From sequence record OR413575.1: DNA of 64,000 nt; one strand, written 5' to 3'. The translations under genes and the position numbers were made by a program. Below, one piece after another: positions 47,872 to 57,011 of the stretch. The notes beneath the pieces are model-generated. The model made no database searches, was not told where the DNA came from, and was given only the letters and a program-made list of their open reading frames with translations. Position 1 is the stretch's first letter; the number at the start of each line of letters is the position of its first letter.

Positions 47872-48372
47872 ATGGAAACTCAGATCAAGGTTGAAATCGG
47901 TTCACCGGTACAAGGCCAATACGTAGCAACAATTTTCGATCAGAATGATTCGCCACGTATGACTATTCGCTTAGGCGAAGCAGTTCATCTTTGGCATATC
48001 GATTTGGTATTGGGTGCGTATCGTCTGTACTGGGAAGCTGTAGGTATTCGTTCCGAGCACCTCAACACAGCTGACGGAATTACGTATAATCCAAACGTCC
48101 GCGCTGAACGCCAGGATGTGGCTAAAGCAGAAATCGCTAAAGCTCTGATCGACCTGGTTTGCCGTACTAATGATCCAAACCAACCAAACATTCTGCGTAA
48201 ACTGAATGAAAACCGTTATGTCTACATCTGCTCAACTAACGATCGTAATGCAGATGTTTATATTGCTGGTGGTATTGGTAACCCGTACTTCTTTGTCCGT
48301 AAACGCGGTACCGGTGAAGTCATCGGTCGTTTTGACAACGTCAAAGCTGCCCGTAACGCCACCTCTAAGTAA
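47872..48372 (+). CDS. Hypothetical protein
   Basis: SD AAGG; biased codons. Confidence 0.7.
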   Translation: METQIKVEIGSPVQGQYVATIFDQNDSPRMTIRLGEAVHLWHIDLVLGAYRLYWEAVGIRSEHLNTADGITYNPNVRAERQDVAKAEIAKALIDLVCRTNDPNQPNILRKLNENRYVYICSTNDRNADVYIAGGIGNPYFFVRKRGTGEVIGRFDNVKAARNATSK

Positions 48373-48406
48373 TAAACTCAACGACTAGTTAACTAGGAGC
48401 AATATC

Positions 48407-48802
48407 ATGCCAATCGTAAACGTATTCACTCAACCACGTAATCTCGAAGATAACGAAGTAATGATCCACATTCGTGTATCTGAAATTCAAACTGTGTTTG
48501 ACTTCCTGTCTGAGAAGTTAGAAGGTCGTGTTCGTCAAACTGTTACCCTCGATACTAATAACTATCGTGGGTTCTGGTCTTCCATGATCAACAAATACGA
48601 ATACCGTTACGTATTAACTTGGAATGAAGCATTACGTCTCCATTCCTACTTACGTTACTGGTTAGAGAAAGGAAGAGATCGCGACATCTCCGTATCCTTG
48701 AACTCTATCCGTAACTTTGCTTTATACGGAGTGAATGTTAAATGCCCAAAACCGATCAAAGAGAGCTCGCTCTTAAAAAGGCTAGACAAATTCTTACTTT
48801 AG
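48407..48802 (+). CDS. Hypothetical protein
   Basis: SD AGGAG. Confidence 0.65.
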   Translation: MPIVNVFTQPRNLEDNEVMIHIRVSEIQTVFDFLSEKLEGRVRQTVTLDTNNYRGFWSSMINKYEYRYVLTWNEALRLHSYLRYWLEKGRDRDISVSLNSIRNFALYGVNVKCPKPIKESSLLKRLDKFLL

Positions 48803-48990
48803 TACGGTTATATCGGATGCCCGGTCAATCCGGGCAAAAAATACCCGAAGCCGATCTCGCTAAGATCAATGAGTTGTGTACCCCTGAGATAACTGTTCTA
48901 TTAGCTCAGGAACTAATCCTACTAAGCGGCATGGTAAAAGACCATGTTAAACAAACTAACAAACAAGTTAAACAATTAATTGGAGAATAA
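48742..48990 (+). CDS. Hypothetical protein
   Basis: Fills the gap between neighbours; start uncertain. Confidence 0.5.
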   Translation: MPKTDQRELALKKARQILTLVRLYRMPGQSGQKIPEADLAKINELCTPEITVLLAQELILLSGMVKDHVKQTNKQVKQLIGE

Positions 48991-48991
48991 C

Positions 48992-50005
48992 ATGAACAAA
49001 TCTAAACGTATCGTCCAGATCGAAGAAGGGAAGTTCATCGAAGGGATGACTAAAGCACTACAAACTCGTTATCCTTCCCTGGATAAGGGAAATGTTGAAG
49101 CTATTGTAGCCCAACAAATTGGCAATCATCGTGTTTTGAATAACGTCATCTTGACAGAGAAAGAACATGAGAAGTTGCTACATGACGCTGGTATGGATAC
49201 GTCCACTGAAACCGTAGCAATGGCCGCGCAAGCTGTCGTGGATCTAACTCGTAAGACACGAGCTCCTACTAGTCAAGAAGTCCTCGGGGTTCTGTTAGAT
49301 AGTCTGCGTATAAAGGATAAGGTTAAGACTGATGGCGTAGAAATCAATCGCGCTACCCGTTTGACAATCATCAACGAGTTTCTTGTTTATTTCCTTAATA
49401 CTCACTTCACTATCAGTGATAAAACTACCGAAATTCTGATGACTTCAACATCGGTAGAGAAAACGATGATCGTGTTTAAGGAAGCGATCGAAAGACAATT
49501 CCCTGATAAACCTGCTTCTTACACTCAGTACTATTTGCCAAGTATCGAGTTACTCGCAAAGATTGCGGATCATTTAGATCCGGAAACTGATAATAAAAAG
49601 AATTTAAACGAAATGTTTAATGGTTTCTCGCCGGATGAAGTACCTAATGCAATAATTGGATATTTTGAAAGTATCGCAAGTTCGTACGCAGCAATCGCAG
49701 GATCTAAATCCCTGGTAGCTGTAATGTCAGCATTCGTAGGTAAGATGTCAGAGCAATCCGACACCATGTTCGTACAGAAATTCCTGACAGGTAAACAGTA
49801 CGAAGCAGTTAATGAAGTAGTTAATATTCTTCGCCATGAACTTGAGAACGCAGGTGTGTTCTCGTTCACCCTGGAGGAGTTTAACAAAATCAATAACTGT
49901 ATGCCTCACATCGGGCAGAAAGACTTAGGTATCTCCCTCAGCCGCTCGGAAGAAGGAGATTTGATGTTACAATTCAATGGCGTTCAAAACGTGAGCAAAT
50001 TATGA
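48992..50005 (+). CDS. Hypothetical alpha-helical protein
   Basis: SD GGAG, start ATG 48992. Confidence 0.7.
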   Translation: MNKSKRIVQIEEGKFIEGMTKALQTRYPSLDKGNVEAIVAQQIGNHRVLNNVILTEKEHEKLLHDAGMDTSTETVAMAAQAVVDLTRKTRAPTSQEVLGVLLDSLRIKDKVKTDGVEINRATRLTIINEFLVYFLNTHFTISDKTTEILMTSTSVEKTMIVFKEAIERQFPDKPASYTQYYLPSIELLAKIADHLDPETDNKKNLNEMFNGFSPDEVPNAIIGYFESIASSYAAIAGSKSLVAVMSAFVGKMSEQSDTMFVQKFLTGKQYEAVNEVVNILRHELENAGVFSFTLEEFNKINNCMPHIGQKDLGISLSRSEEGDLMLQFNGVQNVSKL

Positions 50006-50646
50006 CCAGACCATATTTCCGTTGTTTAGAAGTAGAAGTAAAGGATTACGATACCGGTGATGTACGGGTTTATCAAACCAAACAAACTTGCGCTCGTGTG
50101 TTTGGGATAACCCACAAAACCGTATACAACTACATTCGTTCGGGGAAGTTACATTCTGAACGTTATTTATTCCGCCACTATATTCCTAATGCCTGTATCC
50201 CATGGCCGAAACTCAGTGAGCTGGAAGAAACACGTCACTATGGAAAAGGAGTGGAAGTACGTGACGTTAAGACGATGGAAATATGGAAATTTAAAACCTA
50301 CGACGAAGCAGGTGAATTCCTCGGTGTCCATCATGACACGATCCGTCGTTGGGTAAGAGATTTGGATTATTCCGTTAAGCGGGGGCGTTGGCAGATGAAA
50401 TCAGCTAACGATGTAAGGAAGTGGGAAACGATTAAAATCTTCGAAGTCAAACGTAAGACTGATAAGATTATTCGTAAACGAATTTTCTGCATCCCTGGTG
50501 ATGGGCAACCTATCTTGTCATATCGCTCTAAGTCAGGCGCTGCGGAAGCGCAGTGTACCACCCGCAATAACATCGACAAGTATTTGGATACTCACAAACC
50601 AGATGCTAAAGGGAGATTATGGTTATCTAACCATAACTCTAAATAA
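50002..50646 (+). CDS. NUMOD1/IENR-type repeat DNA-binding protein lacking a nuclease domain
   Basis: Three repeats of the form V...D..T....Y.S...AA..LG......; no GIY-YIG or HNH motif seen. Confidence 0.6.
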   Translation: MTRPYFRCLEVEVKDYDTGDVRVYQTKQTCARVFGITHKTVYNYIRSGKLHSERYLFRHYIPNACIPWPKLSELEETRHYGKGVEVRDVKTMEIWKFKTYDEAGEFLGVHHDTIRRWVRDLDYSVKRGRWQMKSANDVRKWETIKIFEVKRKTDKIIRKRIFCIPGDGQPILSYRSKSGAAEAQCTTRNNIDKYLDTHKPDAKGRLWLSNHNSK

Positions 50647-50696
50647 CTAATAGAAAGGGCGAGTGCCCTTTCTTTTTTGATTTAAAGGATAATTAA

Positions 50697-51437
50697 ATGT
50701 ACATTAACAACGAGTTCCCCGAATATCTCCGTAGTACTCCTGTAGTAGTAGCTCCTAACCATCCGTACGCTATTGTTGAACCTAACAGCGGCGAACAGAT
50801 CCTACCGACTGATTTCAATAAAGTCCTGTCGGCCCGCCATAAAGGACTGATCAGTAATTTCCCGAAAGCCCTGTACAAAGTTACAAGCTATGGAGATCTC
50901 ATCGATCGTCTCATGGCTATGATTGCAGACTTCCCTGAAGACTACGGTGAAATCCAACATCATCTGATGGAGCAGGAAGGCGGTACGTTCGTTGTAGGTA
51001 TTCAGGTCCCTATCCATGCCGATGCATCAAAAGGTGATTTCGAACTGAACATCGTCACTACGGTTGAAGTACCGTTTGATTTTGAGAAGTTCAATAACCT
51101 GTATGATGATGAAGAGGTAATGGCCGTAGACGACTATGCGATTATGTCCAGTAGCGTAACATACGCACTGACGTTAATTGCGCAGAATACCAATCCTGAA
51201 CGTCCGGGTTATACCGAAGTACTGAGTCACATCGCTAAAGGTCATGACACTATCGATCTTGTGCGTTGGGAATATATTGAGCGTGAACTCCGTCACGGTA
51301 TTTCGGCAATTCATGTAATGCGTCGTTGGGGTCTGGTTGATAAGTCCGGTATCATCCCAGGGGCTCCGAAAGAGTACGATCGTTTCGTAGAAATTTTCAA
51401 TAAAGTAAAGGAAGAGAAGAATGAGCAAGTTAGCTGA
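50697..51437 (+). CDS. Hypothetical protein
   Basis: SD AAGGA. Confidence 0.7.
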   Translation: MYINNEFPEYLRSTPVVVAPNHPYAIVEPNSGEQILPTDFNKVLSARHKGLISNFPKALYKVTSYGDLIDRLMAMIADFPEDYGEIQHHLMEQEGGTFVVGIQVPIHADASKGDFELNIVTTVEVPFDFEKFNNLYDDEEVMAVDDYAIMSSSVTYALTLIAQNTNPERPGYTEVLSHIAKGHDTIDLVRWEYIERELRHGISAIHVMRRWGLVDKSGIIPGAPKEYDRFVEIFNKVKEEKNEQVS

Positions 51438-51891
51438 AGAAGTTCTGGCTATCGCCGATGAAGGTATGGCGAGTATTGATGCAAGTCACATCGTTCTTCA
51501 AGAACAACAGCGTTTATCACTGACCGAAGATATGAGTAGCCTTACCCTTTCACCGATGACGGTTATGTTCTGGGCGCTGGCTGATTACCTGGCTACCGAC
51601 TCAATAGATGCTATCGTCGTAGACGGTACAGAAGCCACCTGGCAGATGCACTTGCGCCGTGATGGTAAGATCGAAACCCGTACTACCCAGCAGCTGATTG
51701 ACCATCCTCAGCCGCCGGAAGAGCATTTAAAAGGCAAACTGGGTGTTATCATCCCTGCCTATTATTTGCTACGCTTTTACCAATTAGCTGGCGTATCTAA
51801 GTACGCCATAACCAAACAACATGGGGGTCTTGTAATAGCTGTAAATGATCCAGCTAATCCCCGTGTGTGGGCAGCTCACAAAGTAGAGTAA
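51421..51891 (+). CDS. Hypothetical protein
   Basis: Overlaps upstream stop; terminator at 51916-51936. Confidence 0.65.
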   Translation: MSKLAEEVLAIADEGMASIDASHIVLQEQQRLSLTEDMSSLTLSPMTVMFWALADYLATDSIDAIVVDGTEATWQMHLRRDGKIETRTTQQLIDHPQPPEEHLKGKLGVIIPAYYLLRFYQLAGVSKYAITKQHGGLVIAVNDPANPRVWAAHKVE

Positions 51892-51961
51892 GCTCTCAAC
51901 CCCAGCCAATGCTATGGGAGGCCGGTAAAGCCTCCCTTAACAGTAACAGAGGAAGAAGCAT

Positions 51962-52639
51962 ATGAACGTCCGAAGTTTTATATTAGCAGTACTTGTTCTG
52001 CTATTCAGTTCCATGGCCCTGGCTAGTACTTCTACGCCAAAAGTAGAGTTTAACCAGAAAGGATGGGACAAGCACAAGTCCGCTATTATAAATGCAGCCA
52101 GGGAGACTAATACAAATCCTGTCTCACTTGCAGCATACGCATCCATTGAAACTACAATGGGCGCTAACATGACCAATAAGCGTAACAAGTCTGTTGCCGG
52201 GTTATTTCAATTTACCGACCGTACGTGGCGAGACCAGCTAAAAAGAAATGGTCCGAAGTACGGATTAAGTATGCAAACATCTAAATACAACAGTCGCGCC
52301 AATGCATTAATGGCCGCCGAACTCGCTCGAGAAAATCGCGAGTACCTGGAAAAGAAGTTGCGCCGCAAAGTAACCATGTCTGAAGTCTATATGGCTCATA
52401 TGCTCGGCGTATATGGTGCTGAACGAATCTTAAAAGCTGAAGATCATCAGATCGCTGCAAGAGTCACAACGCCATCGGGTAACAGGTCATTCTTCTACAA
52501 AAACAAGAAGGCTGTTACAGTAGGTCAATTTAAAGCGAATATCCGCAACTACGTAGAAGGTCACGCCTCCGTTTATCGCGGTAGTACTATTCGTTACATG
52601 GCCACCACAATTGTAAAATCATCGTCGGTTCCGGTTTAA
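51962..52639 (+). CDS. Secreted lytic transglycosylase (SLT-like; resembles catalytic domain of phiKZ gp144)
   Basis: Signal peptide ending AMA/ALA; LAAYASIET (catalytic Glu), AGLFQFT..TW, N..MAAEL and YMAH..G..GA motifs. Confidence 0.85.
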   Translation: MNVRSFILAVLVLLFSSMALASTSTPKVEFNQKGWDKHKSAIINAARETNTNPVSLAAYASIETTMGANMTNKRNKSVAGLFQFTDRTWRDQLKRNGPKYGLSMQTSKYNSRANALMAAELARENREYLEKKLRRKVTMSEVYMAHMLGVYGAERILKAEDHQIAARVTTPSGNRSFFYKNKKAVTVGQFKANIRNYVEGHASVYRGSTIRYMATTIVKSSSVPV

Positions 52640-52729
52640 GATAGTTAACTATAAAGGAATCTTAGTTAATTCCCCAACTTCGGTTGGGGGCATCCGACAC
52701 TTACTATCCCAAACACGATAGAGGTAGTT

Positions 52730-53362
52730 ATGACATCGTTTATTTTACCTCCCCGCTATTTGGGAGTTAACCAGATCGAAATCCGCCCAGTGGAGTTAAG
52801 TGCTTTAATAGAGAAGCCATTAAACTTTATCAGACCGCCGGTCGATGGGTTCCGAGTTACAGACCTGACTAAGTTCGGTCGCTGGACTCCGTTTCGACTG
52901 ACCATCAACGGACAATCCCATATCGTATTACTGGACAAGTCGTTCAGTGATAATCGTAAGGCCCTGGACTACTACATCACCGTTTTGCAACGTTGCGTTA
53001 GCTTGGTGTGTAATAGTACAGATAACAATCCGGCTAAATATCGGTTAGAGATTGAAGATGGACTGTTAATTGACGGCGCACCTCGCCGACCTCAGTTAAT
53101 GGAATTCTCTACGTTCTGCGATCTATTGAACGCAACTCTGACTTACAACCGGGACAAGTTCCGTATCGTAATTGGTTTGTTACATTCCTTCGGTACGAAA
53201 CTACAGGCCTCTATCGAATATCAAGTTATGAAGGAGTTCCCTCGTCTTTCAAAAAATAGTCCGGAGACTCATTCTTTGAAGAACAAACCGTTTGATGGCA
53301 AAGCTCCCCCGCGTACAGCCATGGCGGACGCGTTTAGTAAAGCGCGTACGGATGAATCGTAA
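52730..53362 (+). CDS. Hypothetical protein
   Basis: SD GAGG; terminator GGCACC-TTCG-GGTGCC at 53374-53389. Confidence 0.7.
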   Translation: MTSFILPPRYLGVNQIEIRPVELSALIEKPLNFIRPPVDGFRVTDLTKFGRWTPFRLTINGQSHIVLLDKSFSDNRKALDYYITVLQRCVSLVCNSTDNNPAKYRLEIEDGLLIDGAPRRPQLMEFSTFCDLLNATLTYNRDKFRIVIGLLHSFGTKLQASIEYQVMKEFPRLSKNSPETHSLKNKPFDGKAPPRTAMADAFSKARTDES

Positions 53363-53416
53363 TGGTATTCATAGGCACCTTCGGGTGCCTTCTTTTTTTG
53401 TTTAAAAGGAGGCGTT

Positions 53417-53989
53417 ATGAACGTCGAAAAGGAACTGTGTATTTTTGCACATATCCCCGTATTCACGGTCGGCCGTTTGAACAGCTACCCGTATCAGGTA
53501 ATGGTCCAAGGTGACCTAAACACAACAACGCCAGAAGGTCTGCGTGTAACTAACCGCGTACGCCGGACGGAGGATAACGGTAAAGTAGTTTATACTACAG
53601 CCACTAAGTTTCGTTTACCTCGCGTCGAAGGTTCTGTTAATACCAACGCACCTCAAGTCGAGTTCACTATCGACGAAGAAGATTTCAAAACAGTAATGGG
53701 AGCATGTACTCAGCGTTATGTAAAACGCCGTTATACTGTTCCGTTACCGTCAGGTGTAAAGGTAGAGTTTGACCGATACCTTGAATCCGAAATGCCTTAC
53801 GAGTTCAGTCGCATTGTTAAGATTGATATCGAAGGCGGAGATGAAGCTCAGATTGATGTTTATTTGGCAGAGCTTCGTCAGTTAGGTTTCCACGTTGGCG
53901 AAATTATAAATCCGCCGGGCGTAGAATCACCAGCTATAAAAGAAGCCATCGATGAACTGATGGGGTCGCGCTGGAACCTTGTTAATTAA
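53417..53989 (+). CDS. CYTH-like (triphosphate tunnel metalloenzyme) protein
   Basis: N-terminal VEKE (ExE-like), RVR, T.K, E..I....F, KRRY, EFD and I.IE motifs in CYTH order. Confidence 0.65.
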   Translation: MNVEKELCIFAHIPVFTVGRLNSYPYQVMVQGDLNTTTPEGLRVTNRVRRTEDNGKVVYTTATKFRLPRVEGSVNTNAPQVEFTIDEEDFKTVMGACTQRYVKRRYTVPLPSGVKVEFDRYLESEMPYEFSRIVKIDIEGGDEAQIDVYLAELRQLGFHVGEIINPPGVESPAIKEAIDELMGSRWNLVN

Positions 53990-54030
53990 CAGACTCAAGT
54001 TTATAGAGTCGCTCATTTGGAGTTAGTATC

Positions 54031-54549
54031 ATGGACTCGCTGGTTTGCCCGTGCTGTAAACAGGATCGTCCTGAGAATGAAGTCATTCTTATTGATGATG
54101 AACGTAATTTGTGGCAATGTAAAATCTGCATTATGCTGAATAAACAGCCATCTAAAGGAACACCTTGTTCGCGTGCAGAATATGAAGCACGTCGTAAGTT
54201 AGGAGCTGGAATGGTAATGCGCACTACAGCTACCGTTAAGACTACGGGTAAGGTTGTTACCGATTTCAAAGATTGTCCTGGGTGTTTGAAGAAACTACCG
54301 AAAGGTGCTTTCTTGGGCAAAGGCCTCCGTGAGTTCAGATACTGCCTTACATGCAGAGACGAACAAATAGCTGTTGATTCTGAACGCGCTAAAAAACTAT
54401 TAGGCGGCGGGATCTTCAGTAGTATGAAGAAAATCGTAGCTCGCTGCCATTTGTGCGGCTGGATAGGCGATGTAGGATCGTTCAGCGTTGATACCGAATC
54501 CCCCACCGGTATTAAACACCGCTGTCCTGAGGGGTGTAAAGGGAAGTGA
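54031..54549 (+). CDS. Multi-CxxC zinc-binding protein
   Basis: CPCC, CKIC, CPGC, CLTC, CHLC and CPEGC motifs. Confidence 0.65.
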   Translation: MDSLVCPCCKQDRPENEVILIDDERNLWQCKICIMLNKQPSKGTPCSRAEYEARRKLGAGMVMRTTATVKTTGKVVTDFKDCPGCLKKLPKGAFLGKGLREFRYCLTCRDEQIAVDSERAKKLLGGGIFSSMKKIVARCHLCGWIGDVGSFSVDTESPTGIKHRCPEGCKGK

Positions 54550-54555
54550 CGTACT

Positions 54556-54990
54556 ATGGAACTTCATCTGGTAATTATCGACGGTCGCTTCGATCGCATC
54601 GATTTATCCAGGGATGGAGTCCTTCTGTTTACGATTACAAGATACCAATCCAGAGGATTAGGTTTAGTTGCTTGTGTCAACGGTAGATTAGAATATCTTT
54701 ATATCTACCGCCATAAAGCCGCTGTGCGTCAGGAAGTAAGATTCCGTTATGGCTTGGACGTCATATCCTCTCAGTTACGTAAACAAGGAAAGGAATTCAA
54801 AGGACTGTTCTGGGGCTCCCCAGTAGCGACAGATTATTTAAATGATCGCTGGTTCGGAGTAGGTAATACATTGTTAATGAGTCGTAATGGTAGATTATCA
54901 GATCCATTGGAAAATGTACTGGTACGCAACCGATATTACGATATCGACACTGAACCATTGTTACAACATATTCGTACTTGGTTACAGTGA
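54556..54990 (+). CDS. Hypothetical protein
   Basis: 144-aa ORF ending at the bidirectional terminator 55000-55020. Confidence 0.6.
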   Translation: MELHLVIIDGRFDRIDLSRDGVLLFTITRYQSRGLGLVACVNGRLEYLYIYRHKAAVRQEVRFRYGLDVISSQLRKQGKEFKGLFWGSPVATDYLNDRWFGVGNTLLMSRNGRLSDPLENVLVRNRYYDIDTEPLLQHIRTWLQ

Positions 54991-55035
54991 CAGCACAAAA
55001 GCCTCCCCCGAAGGGAGGCTTCTTTTTTTTTTGTC

Positions 55036-55872
55036 TTATCTCGATTGACCTGCAATCAGGCCCCTGAGGAAAGTAGAATGGGCTGCTTTGTCATTCATCC
55101 TGTTAACTGCCTGAATCTCATCCCTTAAGAAATCCGTGTAATTATCGTAAGCATCGGAATATCCTTCGATAATACCTTCAATCTTCGACAACTCAGCGCC
55201 GCCGTATAAATACCCAGAATCCAGATCAATAACGGTATTGTTATAGATCCACGCTTTGGCAGCGAACACCGCCAGTTGCGCTAATTGGAATACAGCGGGA
55301 CCATTAAACGAACTCAGTTCATCATCCTGACCTAAACGACAGGTTAGGGAACCCTGTTGGATTTTACCCATGTAGTCGTTGATTACAACCGTGTTCTCAG
55401 CAATAAGTTCTACGGAAGCTGATCCGTTAATCGGAGCGGGACTTGCTGCACGCAATACTTGCTGTGCCTGCTGCATTAAAGGACTGTTACCACAGTTTTG
55501 AATATTACCAGCCGACATCTGCCAACCGTTGTTCAAATCTGCTGCAACTGTATTGTACCAGTAGTTAAAAGCAATTACTTGTGAGATACGTCTGCCCTTA
55601 GTCTTGGACTTAGGGATCCGCATAACGGTACGATAATCTTGGTTTTCCAAGAATTGTATCTCAGCGCCAGATAAAGGAATATTGACTGTCTCAGCACCGA
55701 GGATGTCTAAGTCCTCAACAATCTGATCGGTGATTACGTGTTTACGAATCTCCCAATCAAGCCCTCCCGCGTATTTGTGGTTTCGGCCCATTCGCTTCAA
55801 GAAGGCCACTTCTAATACTGGCTTAGGTATAGCTCTCTTGATTTCATGGACGAGTTTATCTACAACAGACAT
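55036..55872 (-). CDS. Conserved phiKZ-like protein (probable virion component)
   Basis: EIKRAIPKPVLEVAF N-terminus; divergent from tubulin, as recalled for phiKZ-like phages. Confidence 0.65.
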   Translation of the reverse strand: MSVVDKLVHEIKRAIPKPVLEVAFLKRMGRNHKYAGGLDWEIRKHVITDQIVEDLDILGAETVNIPLSGAEIQFLENQDYRTVMRIPKSKTKGRRISQVIAFNYWYNTVAADLNNGWQMSAGNIQNCGNSPLMQQAQQVLRAASPAPINGSASVELIAENTVVINDYMGKIQQGSLTCRLGQDDELSSFNGPAVFQLAQLAVFAAKAWIYNNTVIDLDSGYLYGGAELSKIEGIIEGYSDAYDNYTDFLRDEIQAVNRMNDKAAHSTFLRGLIAGQSR

Positions 55873-55977
55873 ATACCCTCCAGCATGATGTAGTGTGTAA
55901 GAATATTTTTTGAGGCACTACCTGCTTGTTATGTACGAGTAGTGTTACATACGTTTACACCATATAAGAGGTTTATA

Positions 55978-56913
55978 ATGGAAACTAAGAATAAGGTTCG
56001 TATTTATGGCTGCGGCGGTTCCGGTACTAATATCCTGAACCTTCTGATGAAGCAGGATACCAGCAACCTTGCTGCGTTTGATCCTGTATTCGTCGACAGC
56101 TCCGATTCCAACATTGCCGCTGGTTCCAATGTGTACCGTATTAACGGCATGAACGGTGCAGGTAAAGATCGTGAAGTCATGATGGGCCCTGCACGCCGTG
56201 AAGCAACTAACATCCTGGTTCAGCACGAACCATCGGAAGTTAACATTCTCATCTCTTCTGGCGGCGGTGCTACCGGCGCTGTAGTCGCGACTACTCTGGC
56301 CGAAGAAATCTGGGCTCAGGGCAAACGCGTCATCTTCTTCGTTGTGGGTTCTAATGAATCCCTGAAGACTGCGGAGAACACCTCTAAACATCTGCGTACG
56401 CTGAACGGCGTCGCTCGCCAGCATGGTCACGTCTCTGTTGTCTTCTACGACAACAACGGCGACAATACCCGTCGTACTGAGGTTGATCGTTCTATGGTTC
56501 AAGGTCTGCTCGCATTCCTGGATCTGTACAGCGGCAACCACGATGAGCTGGACACCAAAGATGTTGAGAACTGGTTGTTCCTGGAAAAATCAGCTCAGCT
56601 GGAACCACAACTGGTGCTGATGGATATCGACACTTCTCGCGAAAATGCACTGGAGCGTCAGTATCCGATCTCTGTGGCAATCATCCACAGTAAAGCCGAT
56701 GCCGGTAAAGGGACTATCCCTGCCGACTATACTACCGAAGGTTATCGCCGCGACAATAACGACACCTCGCTCTTCTTCTCCATCCATACGGAAGGTCTGA
56801 ACAACATCATGACGGAACTTACCGACGTGATCGGCGGGTTCAAGAAAAGAGCAGTAGCGCGTCAAGCGACAGCTAACCAGGTATTCGGCGGTGGAACTGG
56901 CTGGGATTTATAA
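55978..56913 (+). CDS. phuZ: Phage tubulin PhuZ/TubZ
   Basis: GCGGSGTNI, GAGKDR and SSGGGATGA tubulin/FtsZ GTPase motifs; short C-terminal tail; start ATG 55978. Confidence 0.93.
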   Translation: METKNKVRIYGCGGSGTNILNLLMKQDTSNLAAFDPVFVDSSDSNIAAGSNVYRINGMNGAGKDREVMMGPARREATNILVQHEPSEVNILISSGGGATGAVVATTLAEEIWAQGKRVIFFVVGSNESLKTAENTSKHLRTLNGVARQHGHVSVVFYDNNGDNTRRTEVDRSMVQGLLAFLDLYSGNHDELDTKDVENWLFLEKSAQLEPQLVLMDIDTSRENALERQYPISVAIIHSKADAGKGTIPADYTTEGYRRDNNDTSLFFSIHTEGLNNIMTELTDVIGGFKKRAVARQATANQVFGGGTGWDL

Positions 56914-57011
56914 TGCCTAGCTTTCCATTTGCTCTGGGCAAGAAAGCAATTGCGCGGTTAAACCCTAAGACACTGGCGATCTTACGCCGCCGTTTTAAGG
57001 CGAAACGATAA
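56913..57011 (+). CDS. Candidate 32-aa basic peptide coupled to phuZ
   Basis: TAATG stop/start overlap; MPSFPFALGKKAIARLNPKTLAILRRRFKAKR. Confidence 0.4.
   Translation: MPSFPFALGKKAIARLNPKTLAILRRRFKAKR

Noticed and set aside
55945-56865. Minus-strand ORFs (198 aa and others) over phuZ
   Set aside because: Antisense shadows of a highly expressed gene.
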